From Neocallimastix sp. 'constans' (Eukaryota), in NCBI GenBank assembly GCA_050613775.1, contig JBODTK010000151.1, positions 1 through 64,000 of the forward strand: a stretch of DNA of 64,000 nt, given 5' to 3'. The stretch's first letter is position 1; every line of letters starts with the position of its first letter. The notes beneath the pieces were generated by a model. The model was not told the DNA's origin. It did not search any database and saw only the letters and a program-made list of their open reading frames with translations. The position numbers were made by a program, and so were the translations under genes. Below are positions 1 through 12,068 of the stretch, in pieces.

Positions 1-230
1 AAATAAAACAAAATAAAACATAATAAAATAAAACATAATAAAATAAAATAAATAGTAGAATATGAATATAAAGTACAGATTGAATAAAATAAAATAAAAT
101 AAAATAAAATAAATAGTAGAATATGAATATAAAGTACAGATTGAATAAAATAAAATAAAATAAAATAAATAGTAGAATATGAATATAAAGTACAGATTGA
201 ATAAAATAAAATAAAATAAAATAAATAGTG
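1..230. repeat. Tandem ~55-60 bp repeat (AAATAGTAGAATATGAATATAAAGTACAGATTGAAT + (AAAAT)n), about 3 copies
   Basis: The same core recurs three times between ~50 and ~200; an inverted core (ATTCAATCTGTACTTT) occurs at ~5465 and ~58322. Confidence 0.8.
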
Positions 231-377
231 AAGTAATAAAAAAGATTAAAGTATAAAATAAAATAAACAAATTAAATAAAAATAAAACTAGAATTAAAAT
301 AGTTATTATATTAATTGAATTAATTGAAATACTCAATATAATTTTATTATTATTATTATTATTATTTTTTTTTTTAG

Positions 378-1010
378 TTTTCCAATAAAAAAAGTTTATT
401 GTATCATATACTATAATTTTATTTTTCTGATTAAAATAATATTTATGAATTTTTTTTTTTTTTTTTTTTTTTTTGAATATTATTCAAAATTCTATTTTAA
501 CACTTATTTTATATGGTACTCTAATATTTTTTAGTATATGAAGATAGATATCAATTATATATCAACTTTATTTATAATACCATCATAAAACTAATAAAAT
601 ATAATTTATAGATTTTATTAATTTATTAATTGATAAATGAATTATTATTAAATATTATGCATATATATAGGTTAAAAATAATTAAAATACCATAAAAAAA
701 AAAATAGCTTTCCAATAAAAAATATTTAATGTATCATACACTATAATTTTATATTGTAATTAATTTGAAAAAAAAATTTTTTTTTTTTAAATATTCATCA
801 CTCTATTTTAACATTTATTTTATGTAGTAATCTAATATTTTTTAGTATATGAAGAAAAAGGTACATCATAAAAACTATCTAATAAATTAAATATATTATA
901 TATATTTGGTTTATTTATTTATTATTTGGAATAATTATTAAATATTAATAAAGAAAAAAAAAACAATAAAAAAAAAGAATAAAATATAATTAAAATACCA
1001 TAAAAAAATA
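378..1010. repeat. Degenerate tandem duplication (~330 bp x2)
   Basis: TTTCCAATAAAA...TGTATCATA...CTATAATTTT...TCTATTTTAAC...CTAATATTTTTTAGTATATGAAGA...AAAATACCATAAAAAAA occurs in the same order from ~379 and from ~709. Confidence 0.65.
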
Positions 1011-1341
1011 AAGTTTAATCTTAAAATCATTAATTTTATTATTGAAAATATCATATATAAATAAAAATATTTAAATTAATTTCAACTAAATCCTCAAACT
1101 TTTTTTTATTATATACATAATAAATTGATATTTATCAAGATATCAGTAATATTAATATCTTAGTTAAATATAAGATAGTTTAATAAAAATAAAATTCATA
1201 AATCAAATTTATATTTTATATAAAGGAAAAACTTCAATTTAATCATTTTTATTTATTAAATTGAAGTTTTGATTTTTAAAATATAAAGTAAAATAAAATT
1301 TTATTATTATTATTTTTTTTTTATTTGATTAATAATTAATA

Positions 1342-1381
<40 letters not shown>

Positions 1382-2687
1382 AAAAAAAAAACTTACAAAG
1401 TATTTTATTATTATAATTTATTTTATTTTGTTCTTTTATTTTATTTTATATTATACGTCTTATTATTTATTATTTTATTATTTTATATTTTTTTTCCAAT
1501 ATTAAAAGAAAAAGAAAAATTGTATATTAAATATGTAGTAAATCAATTACTAATATATTATTTGAATATATATTAATAATATTAATATATTATATTTTAA
1601 ATAGTAGATTGTGATTTATTAAATTATTAAAAAATATTAAAAAAAAAAATTTTTTTTATAATTTTTTCTATTTAAAGTAAAATAATAAATAAATAAAAAA
1701 AAAAAAAAAGAATATGCTTTTCGATGGCTTTCAATTTATTGAATAAATATTAATATATTACATTAATATATTTTAAAACATACACTATATAGTAATTGTA
1801 TTAAAATAAAAGTAATAAAAAATAATAATAATAAAAAAAAAGAAAATTTGAAATTATTAAAAAAAAAAAAAGAAAAAAAACTTTAAAAAAAAAAATTATG
1901 GAATTTTTTTTGTTTGTTCTTTGGTTCTTTTTTTAATAGAAGTCTTTTTTTTTTTTTTTTTTGTTATAACAGATAGTATGGTGTCTCTAAAAAATATTGT
2001 TTATAATTTTTTTTTATATATATTATTCTATATATACAACCTTTTACCTTTTATAGTTTTAAAAAAAAAAAGAAAATTAACATGTAATAATACTATTATT
2101 ATTTATTTACGTCCATATCTCTTTCATTTATTGTAATTATCAAAATAAACTTTAAAAAGGTTCCTTTAAAAGCTTTGAAAGTTATAAGATATCTTATCTA
2201 CTATGATTGTACTTAATAAATACTATAAGAAAGAAATATTACAAAAACAATCCACTCCCTTTTTTTTTTTTACATATAAATTGAAACATTCAAAGTCATT
2301 CCAAACGCAATTTACATAATCATCACAAAGAGAATTATAAATACACTATATTATACATAAAAACACATTTTTTATTTTTACTTAATAAATTTTATTATTT
2401 ATTTATAATATTATATTTTTTATATATTAATTAATTATATGGTATTTTTTATAAATAAAAAATATTTTAATAGCATTCCAAATTTTTTCAATTCAAATTC
2501 AATATAACTGTTTGATATAAAAAAAATTCTCAATACTATTAAAAAATATTTTACATATTTTTTAAAAAAGATATTTTATAAATTAATATTAATAGATTTT
2601 ATTGGATTTAATTAATAAAAAATTTAATTAATATTTCATTTTTAAAAATTATTAAAAAATTTTTATTTCATTAACTTAATAATTAAT

Positions 2688-3440
2688 TTAGAAATTTAAA
2701 GCAACAGCGAATAAAGCAATAACTAAAGCAGATAAAGTGGCAGTAATCTTGTAACCAGCACTATTATCATTATTGTTATTGTTGGTATTGGCAGCATTAT
2801 TGGCAGCGTTGGCAACGTTACTGGCAGCACCAGCAACAGTGTTAGTAGCGTTGTTAGCAGCGTTAGAAGCGGCGTTAGCGGCATTGTTAGCAGCATTACC
2901 GGCAGCGTTAGCAGCATTGTTAGCAGCGTTACCGGCAGCGTTAGCAGCGTTATTTACGGCGTTACCGGCAGCATTAGCGGCATTACCGGCAGCATTAGCA
3001 GCAGCATTAGCAGCGTTACCGGCAGCATTAGCAGCGGTATTAGCAGCGTTTTCAGTGGCATTGACAGCATTGTTAACAGCATTTTCAACAGTATTACCAC
3101 CGTTATTACCATTAGAATCACTGTTAGAATTATCGTTTGAACCAGAATTAGCGTTTTCACAGAGTGATCCAGAAAGAATTTCCTTTAATTCCTTAAACAT
3201 AGCCTTATCATTCTTAGCAACATCACAATCTTCTAATTCCTTTGGTAAAGAAATAATGGTACATCTACTAGATTCAAGACATACACTAGTGTGCTTTGCT
3301 CTAGCACGCTTAACACATTGTTCAATGTTCTTACCAGACATGGTATCCTTGTATTTCTTGTAGGCCTTGTCACAATCATCAGCACTAACAAGAGCAAGAG
3401 CACAGACAATAACGAAAATTAAATTATATAAGCACTTCAT
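2688..3440 (-). CDS. Secreted, probably GPI-anchored cell-surface protein with a 6-Cys N-terminal domain and Ala/Asn heptad repeats
   Basis: 250-aa ORF in a GC-richer island. Signal peptide MKCLYNLIFVIVCALALVSA; six Cys in the next ~75 aa; NAAGNAA/NAANNAA repeats; C-terminal small-residue site (NSAG) followed by hydrophobic tail ITATLSALVIALFAVALNF. Confidence 0.85.
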   Translation of the reverse strand: MKCLYNLIFVIVCALALVSADDCDKAYKKYKDTMSGKNIEQCVKRARAKHTSVCLESSRCTIISLPKELEDCDVAKNDKAMFKELKEILSGSLCENANSGSNDNSNSDSNGNNGGNTVENAVNNAVNATENAANTAANAAGNAANAAANAAGNAANAAGNAVNNAANAAGNAANNAANAAGNAANNAANAASNAANNATNTVAGAASNVANAANNAANTNNNNNDNSAGYKITATLSALVIALFAVALNF

Positions 3441-5935
3441 GTTGAATAAATATTTTTTATTTGATAGTTTTTTAAACTTTAATAAATATTAATTTTAAAA
3501 AAAATAAGAATTTATTTTTTTAAATAATGAGTTGAAAAATAAAAAAAAAGAGAATTTTTCTTCCTTTTATTTATTTCTAAAAAGGCTCTTTAATTTAACC
3601 AACCAATACTTTTTATTTTAACTTTGATAATTAATTTTTTTTTATTTTATTTTAAAAAAAAGTAATTATTTTAATTTTTTTTTTTTTTTAAAAAAATTGT
3701 TAAATATTATTTTTTTTTAATTGATTTTAATATAATTTATATTTTATAATTATATTTTTTTAATTGATTTTAATATAATTATGTCTATATATTCTAATTA
3801 TTAAAATATATTAAATTACATATAAATGTATATGAATCACGTATTGCCTTAATATTTCTATTTCTTATTTAAATATTTGTAATATATTATTACATATTGT
3901 AATATGTTAAATCATAAATTATTGGAAATTTTTTTATAATAAAAAAAAAACATAAATTATTGGAAATCTTTTAATAAATTAAAAAAAAAGTTTTTTTTAT
4001 TATCTTTAAATAATCTATATATATATTATTTAATTATTTTTATATATAATAATCAATTATTTGAATATTATTAATATATTATATATCATATTAATAATAT
4101 ATTATATAATATTATATACATATAAATAAGTATATTGAAATTAAAATATTTATTTGCTAATAATAAAAATATTTACAATAAATACATAAAAATACATAAA
4201 AATACATATAAATACATATAAATACATAAAATTATATAAAAATACATATAAATTATATATAAAAAAGTACATTAAATTTAAATTTGAATTAAAATTTTTA
4301 ATAATAAATTTCAGTTTAAAACAATTGAAAATTGAAAATAAAAACAAAAAAAATAGCTAAAAAATATATATATAATATATAATGAAAAAATGCTATGCAT
4401 AATAAATTTATAGTAAAATAATAATAAATAATATGAAACAAAATAATTAACAAAATATATCATTATCATAAATAATTATACGTCTTACTGGTTTTAATTT
4501 TTATTTACATAATTACCAACATAAAAATATATAAATATAATATTAAATATATTTGATTATAATTTTATAAATATAATTATATTTTATATTCAATAGATAT
4601 AATTAAAATTTAAAAATTGAAACAAAAAAAAATTCAATCTATACATTTCTATATATATAAATAGAAATATTCAATATAAGTTTATTTAATTACAATAAAT
4701 TGCAATAGTATTCAAATAAATTTAGTTGATTAAAATAAATAGTAATTAAATATATATTAAATAATATTCATTAACACATATAAATAGATTGCCATTAATA
4801 TAATAAATAGGATATAATATACTCTATACCTAATTTATATAATTTAATTCTATATATATATTAAATTTATATTAGTTAATAGAATTAATAAAAAAAAAAA
4901 AGAAAAGTTGTAAATCCACATTATTTATATATAATGGTGGTTGTTGGAATGAAAAATCATCTGGAAAGAAGATAAAACTCTGTCATCATTGGATACACTA
5001 TTTCTACTATAATAATTAGAAGAAATATTATATATTAATTATTTATGTTTAATTTTTTAAAAAAAAAAAAAAAAAAAAAAAAGGACTAATTTTATGTTAG
5101 ATAAGGACGACGTTTTAATTATATTAATAATAATTTCTAAAGCTAATACTAAAATAAAAACGTTACTTGGCTACTTTAACCATGATTAAATAAAACTATT
5201 ATTATTAAATTTATTTTCTAAAAATAATAAATATCATAAATTTAAAAAAAAATCTTATATTCATTATCTAAAATTATAGAATAATCCTAATTTTCTAAAA
5301 GATTCAAAGGTATATGATTAAATAATAACTTGAAAATTAGAAGCTATTTTATATTTTCTTTATAATTTTTTCTAAGCAAATATATATACTATACTTTTAC
5401 ATTTAATATATTTTTTAAATTTAATATTATTTTTAATTCTACTAATTTTATTTTATATTATTTTATTCAATCTGTACTTTAACATTTATATTTCAAATAT
5501 TTATTTTATTTTATTTTGTATTATTTTATTTTATTTAATTTTATTAACACTTTACTCTTTTTTTGTTACTTCACTTTTATTTTATTTTATTGTATTTTAT
5601 TTTATTTTACAAATGATAATTGGTGTTTTAACAGAAATAAAAATAATTAATTTAAGAATTATAAATTTTATTTGTAAAACCAATTTGATTTTTCAATTTT
5701 AATATAATTTATTAAATTAATTTTTATTATTACACAATGTTATATTATAGTAATTACAATAAAATAAAAAAGAAAAAAAAGAAGGGCTTTTCAGTGGTAA
5801 AAATTTAAATTTATTTTAAAATTTAACTCTTATTTATTATTAATAAAAATTTAAAAATTCCCATGAGATTACTTTTTAACTAGAAATTGAATATAATAAA
5901 GTTCGTATTAATAATCAATAATATTTTATATTTAC

Positions 5936-6068
5936 ATTTATATTAATATTTATATTTATACTTATATTTATATTTATATTTATATTTATATTTATACTTA
6001 TATTTATATTTATATTTATACTTATATTTATATTTATATTTATATTTATATTCATATTTATATTTATT
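5936..6068. repeat. (TTTATA)n microsatellite
   Basis: Read directly from the sequence. Confidence 0.9.
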
Positions 6069-7493
6069 TATTAATAATAATATTTGATAGTAATAATAAA
6101 ATAATTTAATAATTAATAGTATAACTTTATTAATTATAATAATTAAAGGAAAAATTAATTATATATGAAATTATATAAATTATATATTCAAATTATTATT
6201 TAATAAATGATAAAAATAGTATTATAAATATAATTATTTATATGTTATATATTTCAATTATTGAATCAAATATTGAATAAATAAGGATACCTAAGTCTCC
6301 CCATCTTTTATTTGGTGGCATAACCTGAAAAAAGGCCATCATATTGAATATAAAAAATGATCAATCTTTCTATTTATAAATAATATAATTTTGCCACAAA
6401 TTATTTTATAATATAAGAGAGCCTTTTATTGAATATTAAAGAAAAAAAGATTTTTATTTTTTAAAAAAAAAAAACAAAAAAAACAAAAAACACAATTTTG
6501 CAGAAAAAAGTTAGCTTCTGATTTAAAGACACCTCTTTTATAGATTGAAAAAAATATGAGTAGATGAAAAAAAAATTATTTATTATATATGTAAAAATTT
6601 TGGTTAATAATTTTTATTAATTAAAATAAAAAGAACTTCTTTATATAATTATTAAAAACATTTAAAAAATTTTTTTTCATTTTTTTATTTGTTTATTCAT
6701 TTATATTTATTAATTTATTTTCTAATTTGTTTATTATATTATTTACATAATTAATTATTTATTTCTTCATTTATTCTATCATTTATTTATTCATTCTATT
6801 ATTTATTTATTCATTCTATTATTTATTTATTTATTTATTTATTTATTCATTCATTCTATCATTTATTTATTCATTCTATTATTTATTTATTTATTTATTA
6901 TATCATTTATTTATTTTATTATTTGTTTATTCTATTATTTATTTATTTATTCTATTATTTATTTATTTGTTCATTTACTTGTTTTTAATTGTTTATTTGT
7001 TTATTATATTTTTTATTTATTTATATATTTAATATTATTATATTATAATAATTATATAATAAAAGTAATAAATAAACTAATATTAAAAAATATAAAAAGT
7101 TATGACCTTCCTAATAAAGAAAATAATTAAACCAAATAGTAATGAAATAATGCATAACACTTTTATAAAGTTTATTATTTTATTGGTTTTATATATATAT
7201 CTAATTTTATATTAATAAATAATCCAAAACGGTCTATTTAAATGATTTTTTAAAAGAATACTTTAAAAGTTAATTCATTTTTCCTAATGATTTTTAATTC
7301 ATTTTTCCTAATGATTTTTAATTTTTTTAAAATTCCTAAATTTAATAATATATTATATAATAATAATATCTAAGCATTTTTCATGCTAAATATCTATAAT
7401 ATCTATTAAATATCTATAAAATTATTAAATATACACATTTAAATATATTTTTTTAACCATTACTTTTTTTTTAAAGTTTTATATTAAAATTAT

Positions 7494-7560
7494 ATACATA
7501 CATACATACATACATACGTACGTACGTACATACATACGTGCATACATACATACGTGCATA
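7494..7560. repeat. (TACA)n/(TACG)n compound microsatellite
   Basis: Read directly from the sequence. Confidence 0.85.
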
Positions 7561-8702
7561 GTTTATTAGTATTGTTATTATTAGCTTATTTGTATTTATT
7601 TTTTTTATTTAATTATTATAATCAAATGATAATCTTAATCCACATGGAATGATCATGGGAGAATAATTCGATACCCTTTTATCCATAAGGTTTTTTTTTT
7701 TTTTTTCTTTGATACTCCTTTGTCCTCGAAATACATAACATGTTTTATTTATTTTCATGTATTTTTTTTTTAATTAAATGTTAATAATAAAGTTTATTTC
7801 TAGTTATTTCTGGTCTAAAAAAATAAATAAATAAATAAATAAATTAAATAAAAAAAAAAAAAATAAAAGCAAATCATTAAAAAGAAAAAAGAAAAAAATA
7901 TATGTAATTTGTATTGTAATGATAGTTTCTGTATATACATATAATATTATTATAAATATATGTATTATGAATTTATTTATTTTTATTATTTATATTATTC
8001 TTTTTTATTATTTTTATTAATATATTATTATTATTATTTCCTTTTATTTTCTAAATATATATCTTATATTTATAATATGATAACAGACTATTTATTATTA
8101 AAAAAATTTTTTTATTTTATTTGTTTTTTAATTTTTATATAATCAAAATAATCCTGTAAAATTCTTTTATATACATAATATTTCATTTTTATTTTTGCGT
8201 ACTCGAGATATTATCATCCTAAATAAATTGGTATCAAATTATTTTATTTTATTATTATTATAACTATAATCTTGGCTTAAATCATTGGTTAAAAATTCTT
8301 TTAAAGTTTTTTTTTTTTTTTTTTTTTTTTTTTATATTTTTTTCTATATATATCTTTAGTTTATAATATTTAGTTCATAATATTCATAATATATATATAC
8401 ATAATTTATTATTAATTTATTTCGTTCATTAAAAAAAAAAAAAAAATAAACATTTTTATCATGTAGATAGTTTCAATATGTAGTTTAACTTTAACATTAT
8501 TTTGTATAAAATTTATAATTTATTATGATTACTATTTTTATTTTTACTATTGTTTTTTATTCCTTAAATATATATCTTATACATAAAAAATAAAAAGAAT
8601 AAAAATAACATAATAATAATAATAATAATAAATAATATAGATTATTTAAAAATTTTTTTTTATTTTCTCAGATTCAATTAAAAAAAATAAAAATATTTAC
8701 TC

Positions 8703-8776
8703 CACTCACGGCGGGACTTGAACCCGCAATCTTCAGATTAGAAGTCTGACGCCCTATCCGATTAGGCTACGCGAGC
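8703..8776 (-). tRNA. tRNA-Arg(TCT), intronless
   Basis: Reverse complement is GCTCGCGTAGCCTAATCGGATAGGGCGTCAGACTTCTAATCTGAAGATTGCGGGTTCAAGTCCCGCCGTGAGTG. Acceptor stem GCTCGCG/CGTGAGT; anticodon arm TCAGA-CTTCTAA-TCTGA; T arm GCGGG-TTCAAGT-CCCGC; oligo-T terminator just downstream. Confidence 0.96.
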
Positions 8777-8790
8777 TTGCTACAATAAAG

Positions 8791-9276
8791 TGATAAGAAT
8801 GTACTAAATAATGCATTCTTAATTAAATCTACGATTTATTTCTAATACATTATGTGTACATTATTATTTTTGTACTTTAATAAATTTTTAAATCCAAAAA
8901 TCAAAAATTAAATCAAAAATTATATTAAACTTTATATTTTTATATTAAATCTTATATTAATAGTAATATTTTTATATATTTAAAACTTATATTAGCAATA
9001 TTAATAATAAATCTTATTTTTTTATTTTTATATTAATAATGAAAATTTGTATTAATAATATTTTTATATATTGATAATTAAAAATTTATATATTATATTT
9101 TAACTTTTATTATAAAATTTTATATCGAAATGTTTTATTTTATATTGAAAAATATTTTATTTTATTAAAAACCTTTATATTAGAATAGTATTTTTATTTT
9201 TATTTGAATATTTTAACAGATTGTAATAAAAATTATAGCCAATTAAATAAATTCTTATTAGTAATATTTTAGATAG

Positions 9277-9336
<60 letters not shown>

Positions 9337-9648
9337 GTTTTATTAATATTATAAATGTATTTTATTTATATTGTTATAATTAAATTTTATATAATTGATT
9401 ATAAAAATCAATTTAAATTTAATAGTTTTTATAAAAAAAAAAAATAAAAATAAAATGTAATTTAGTGGCAAGAACAACTTTTATGCCTTGAAAAAAAAGT
9501 ATAAATAGTTGTAAATTTTGCTACTAATTTTTAAAAATCATCAAGTAAAATTAATAAAATAAATTTATAAATAAAAATAATAAATAAAAAAAAAATAAAA
9601 TTTGTGTTTCTTTACTTTATTTTTATTTAATTCTCTAAAACCTTAACA
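8791..9648 (+). repeat. 5' LTR (858 bp)
   Basis: TGATAAG...CTTAACA termini; same length as 16045-16902, with the same 52-nt A tract. Confidence 0.96.
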
Positions 9649-9654
9649 TTTATA

Positions 9655-9672
9655 TGGTGGAGATATCGGGGA
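9655..9672 (+). promoter_or_regulatory. Primer-binding site complementary to a tRNA-Ala 3' end
   Basis: TGGTGGAGATATCGGGGA starts 6 nt after the LTR. Its complement ...TCCCCGATATCTCCACCA has the layout of a eukaryotic tRNA-Ala 3' end (U70, A73). Confidence 0.8.
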
Positions 9673-10668
9673 ATTAAATAGAAATAATAGTAAATAACAT
9701 AGATTTTTTTTAATTTTTTTTTATTTTATATTGATAAACAAGTAAGTCGTTAATCCTTTGATTAACCTATGGCGCTTGTTTGATATATATATAAAAAAAA
9801 TTTTTTTTAAATAAGTAAAATTAAGATTCAAAAAAAAAAAACAAATTTTGTAAAATTATAACAAGGAGCGGATAGAGCTCATACACAGTGTATTCTCAGA
9901 TAGCAACAAATTAACTCTATTCATAGTAGGTTATTGAATAGTAGTTAATTTGGAGATTAATTGGAAAGTAGACGAAGGTATTTGGTTACCGACCCGGTAA
10001 TAATAGTTCAGCCTTCAACGTTTCAACACACGAAGGTGCGGGTACTTTCCAAGCACTGGCGAATAAGGAGCTTACGTCACCGAAGGCGTAAGATTGTTTT
10101 TTTTATATATATTTTTTTTACTTTTCTTTGTGCTAGTTATAAGGCACTTTATTATATAAAGTATCAGACTTTGGCTAACTTCGCCATTTAAATTTTTTTT
10201 ATTTTTTTTTTATTACTGATACTTTATTTGTTTAATAATTCCTGTAAAAGAATCTTAATTTACTTTGAAAATATTGTGTTTTTAGTTAATTTTTATTAGT
10301 TAATAAAAATATTATTGAATACTTTTAAAATTTTTTTTTTCCGTACATAGATTATCGGATTAAGTTTATCCTACATAGTAATTGGGCTAGTGGGCTCTGA
10401 ACTGCTATATTTTATATTGAATATAGTAATCGTGGCACACGCGTGGCATGACACCATTAGGTAAGCTGCACGTCAGACAGTGTGTACTATCAGATTGTAC
10501 GACAATAAAGATTATTTTTTTGTATTTAATAATTATAATTAATTAATAATTTTATTAGCTATAACAATACAATATTTATCGTTTAAAAAGAAAAATTTTT
10601 GAAAGGTGAAAATAACAAATAAAACTTTGCTTCTAAATTTATTACTACAAATATACTAAATTACAAAA

Positions 10669-10942
10669 TTCAAGTGGTCGATAAAGATTTCGAGCTTGAA
10701 AAATATTCTATTAAGTTGTCGATAAAGATTTCGAACTTAAAATTATTCTATTAAGTTGTCGATAAAGATTTCGAACTTAAAATTATTCTATTGAATTGTC
10801 GATAAAGATTTCGAACTTAAAAATTATTCTATTGAGTTGTCGATAAAGATTTCGAACTTAAAAATTATTCTTAATAAAGTAGTCGAAAAGAACCTCGTGC
10901 TTTATAATTTCTACTAAGTTGTCGATAAAGATTTCGAGCTTA
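10669..10942 (+). repeat. Array of seven ~40-bp hairpin-forming repeats in the retrotransposon leader
   Basis: Consensus TTAAGTTGTCGATAAAGATTTCGAACTTAA plus an A/T linker, 7 units. Confidence 0.9.
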
Positions 10943-11116
10943 TATCTACTAAAGAAAGCAAATAAAATTATTATTTTCAAAAGTTACTAAAATATATTGT
11001 TTTAAAAATTGATTCGATATTAAATTACCTATTAAATTATATTTTTAAAGTTGTATTTCCAAATTTATTCTTATTTAATCACCTCATTAATATACAACAA
11101 GAAATATTTAAACAAA

Positions 11117-12028
11117 ATGTCCAAGGAAACAACTTTGAGCTTTAAAGAATTGAAAAAAGAATTAAGAGATATTGTGAAACTTAGCAAGGACAATTTAGAT
11201 ATTAAGTCCTGGGCTACTGAATTAAAACTTTGGATCAAGATACAAGGTATTACAGATCCAGAAACAATATTTAATGCTTGTTTACTTACCAGCTCTGGTG
11301 AAGTACAACGCGTTATTGAAGATTTGGGAGAAGATAGTGATGATGAAAGTGATGATTCATCAGATGAAGAAGAAGAAGATGATGAAGAAGAAAATGTTGA
11401 TGATGATATTAAATTTCCTTCTCTTGGAAAAATTATTTCAAGTCTTGAAAATTTTTACGGTATTAAAGAAGACCAAAATTTACTTCTTAAAGAACTTCGT
11501 GCAATGCGAATTAAAAGAAACGAAAAGATTAAAGACTTTAATGTAAGATATAGAACTTTGTACACTAAACTTGATAAAAAGAGAAGAAAGCGCATTGGTG
11601 TACTAGATTATATTGATTCTATTCAAAATAATTATGAAGCCTGGAAGAAATTATCCCTTAAAGATGATATAAGTATGGAGAAAGCTTTCAAAATTGCCGA
11701 GAAAGTAGATAGACTTTCTGTAAGGAACAATAATATTAATACCTATAATGTTAATAATTCCCAGCATAATCAAAATAATCAAAACAGTACTACTTCAAGA
11801 CTTTATCCTAAAAGAAGAAACGAAACTTTCCAAACAAGTCAAACAAATAATAAACTGAAACCTCAAGATATTATAGAAGAATCAACCCAGAAAATGAGAA
11901 ATTTATCTGTTAAAACTTGCTTCTTCTGTAAGGAAGAAGGTCATTACTCATACTATTGCCCTCAATTAAATAAGATTATGGAAAAAAATAAAAAAGAAAT
12001 ATATTCCAAAAAGTCTTTAAACTTCTAA
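11117..12028 (+). CDS. gag: Retrotransposon Gag
   Basis: First ATG at 11117 (MSKETT); acidic tract; capsid-like IKRNEKIKDFNVRYRTL; CCHC knuckle CFFCKEEGHYSYYC. Confidence 0.9.
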   Translation: MSKETTLSFKELKKELRDIVKLSKDNLDIKSWATELKLWIKIQGITDPETIFNACLLTSSGEVQRVIEDLGEDSDDESDDSSDEEEEDDEEENVDDDIKFPSLGKIISSLENFYGIKEDQNLLLKELRAMRIKRNEKIKDFNVRYRTLYTKLDKKRRKRIGVLDYIDSIQNNYEAWKKLSLKDDISMEKAFKIAEKVDRLSVRNNNINTYNVNNSQHNQNNQNSTTSRLYPKRRNETFQTSQTNNKLKPQDIIEESTQKMRNLSVKTCFFCKEEGHYSYYCPQLNKIMEKNKKEIYSKKSLNF

Positions 12029-12068
12029 ATGGGAGAAGAAGCACTCCCAATGACAAAACAATAGCTTC
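12016..12068 (+). promoter_or_regulatory. -1 programmed ribosomal frameshift signal (T TTA AAC + H-type pseudoknot)
   Basis: Heptamer at 12016-12022 in gag codon phase; the -1 frame is open and contiguous with pol. Stem 1 TGGGAG(12030-35)/CTCCCA(12044-49); stem 2 GAAGC(12038-42)/GCTTC(12064-68). Confidence 0.85.

Noticed and set aside
2723..3363. 196-aa Ala/Leu-rich plus-strand ORF and other overlapping frames
   Set aside because: Antisense or frame shadows of the repetitive GPI-protein gene.
4915..7740. Short GC-richer patches (~4930-5190, ~6285-6345, ~7640-7740) as exons or transposase remnants
   Set aside because: No consistent frame or convincing motif could be assembled.
9961..10191. 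76-aa upstream ORF in the retrotransposon leader
   Set aside because: Non-ATG start and no motif; the GC content is explained by base-paired stems.
10669..10942. CRISPR array (palindromic ~30-bp repeats)
   Set aside because: Linkers are only ~10 nt and nearly identical rather than unique spacers; no cas genes; lies inside a eukaryotic retrotransposon leader.
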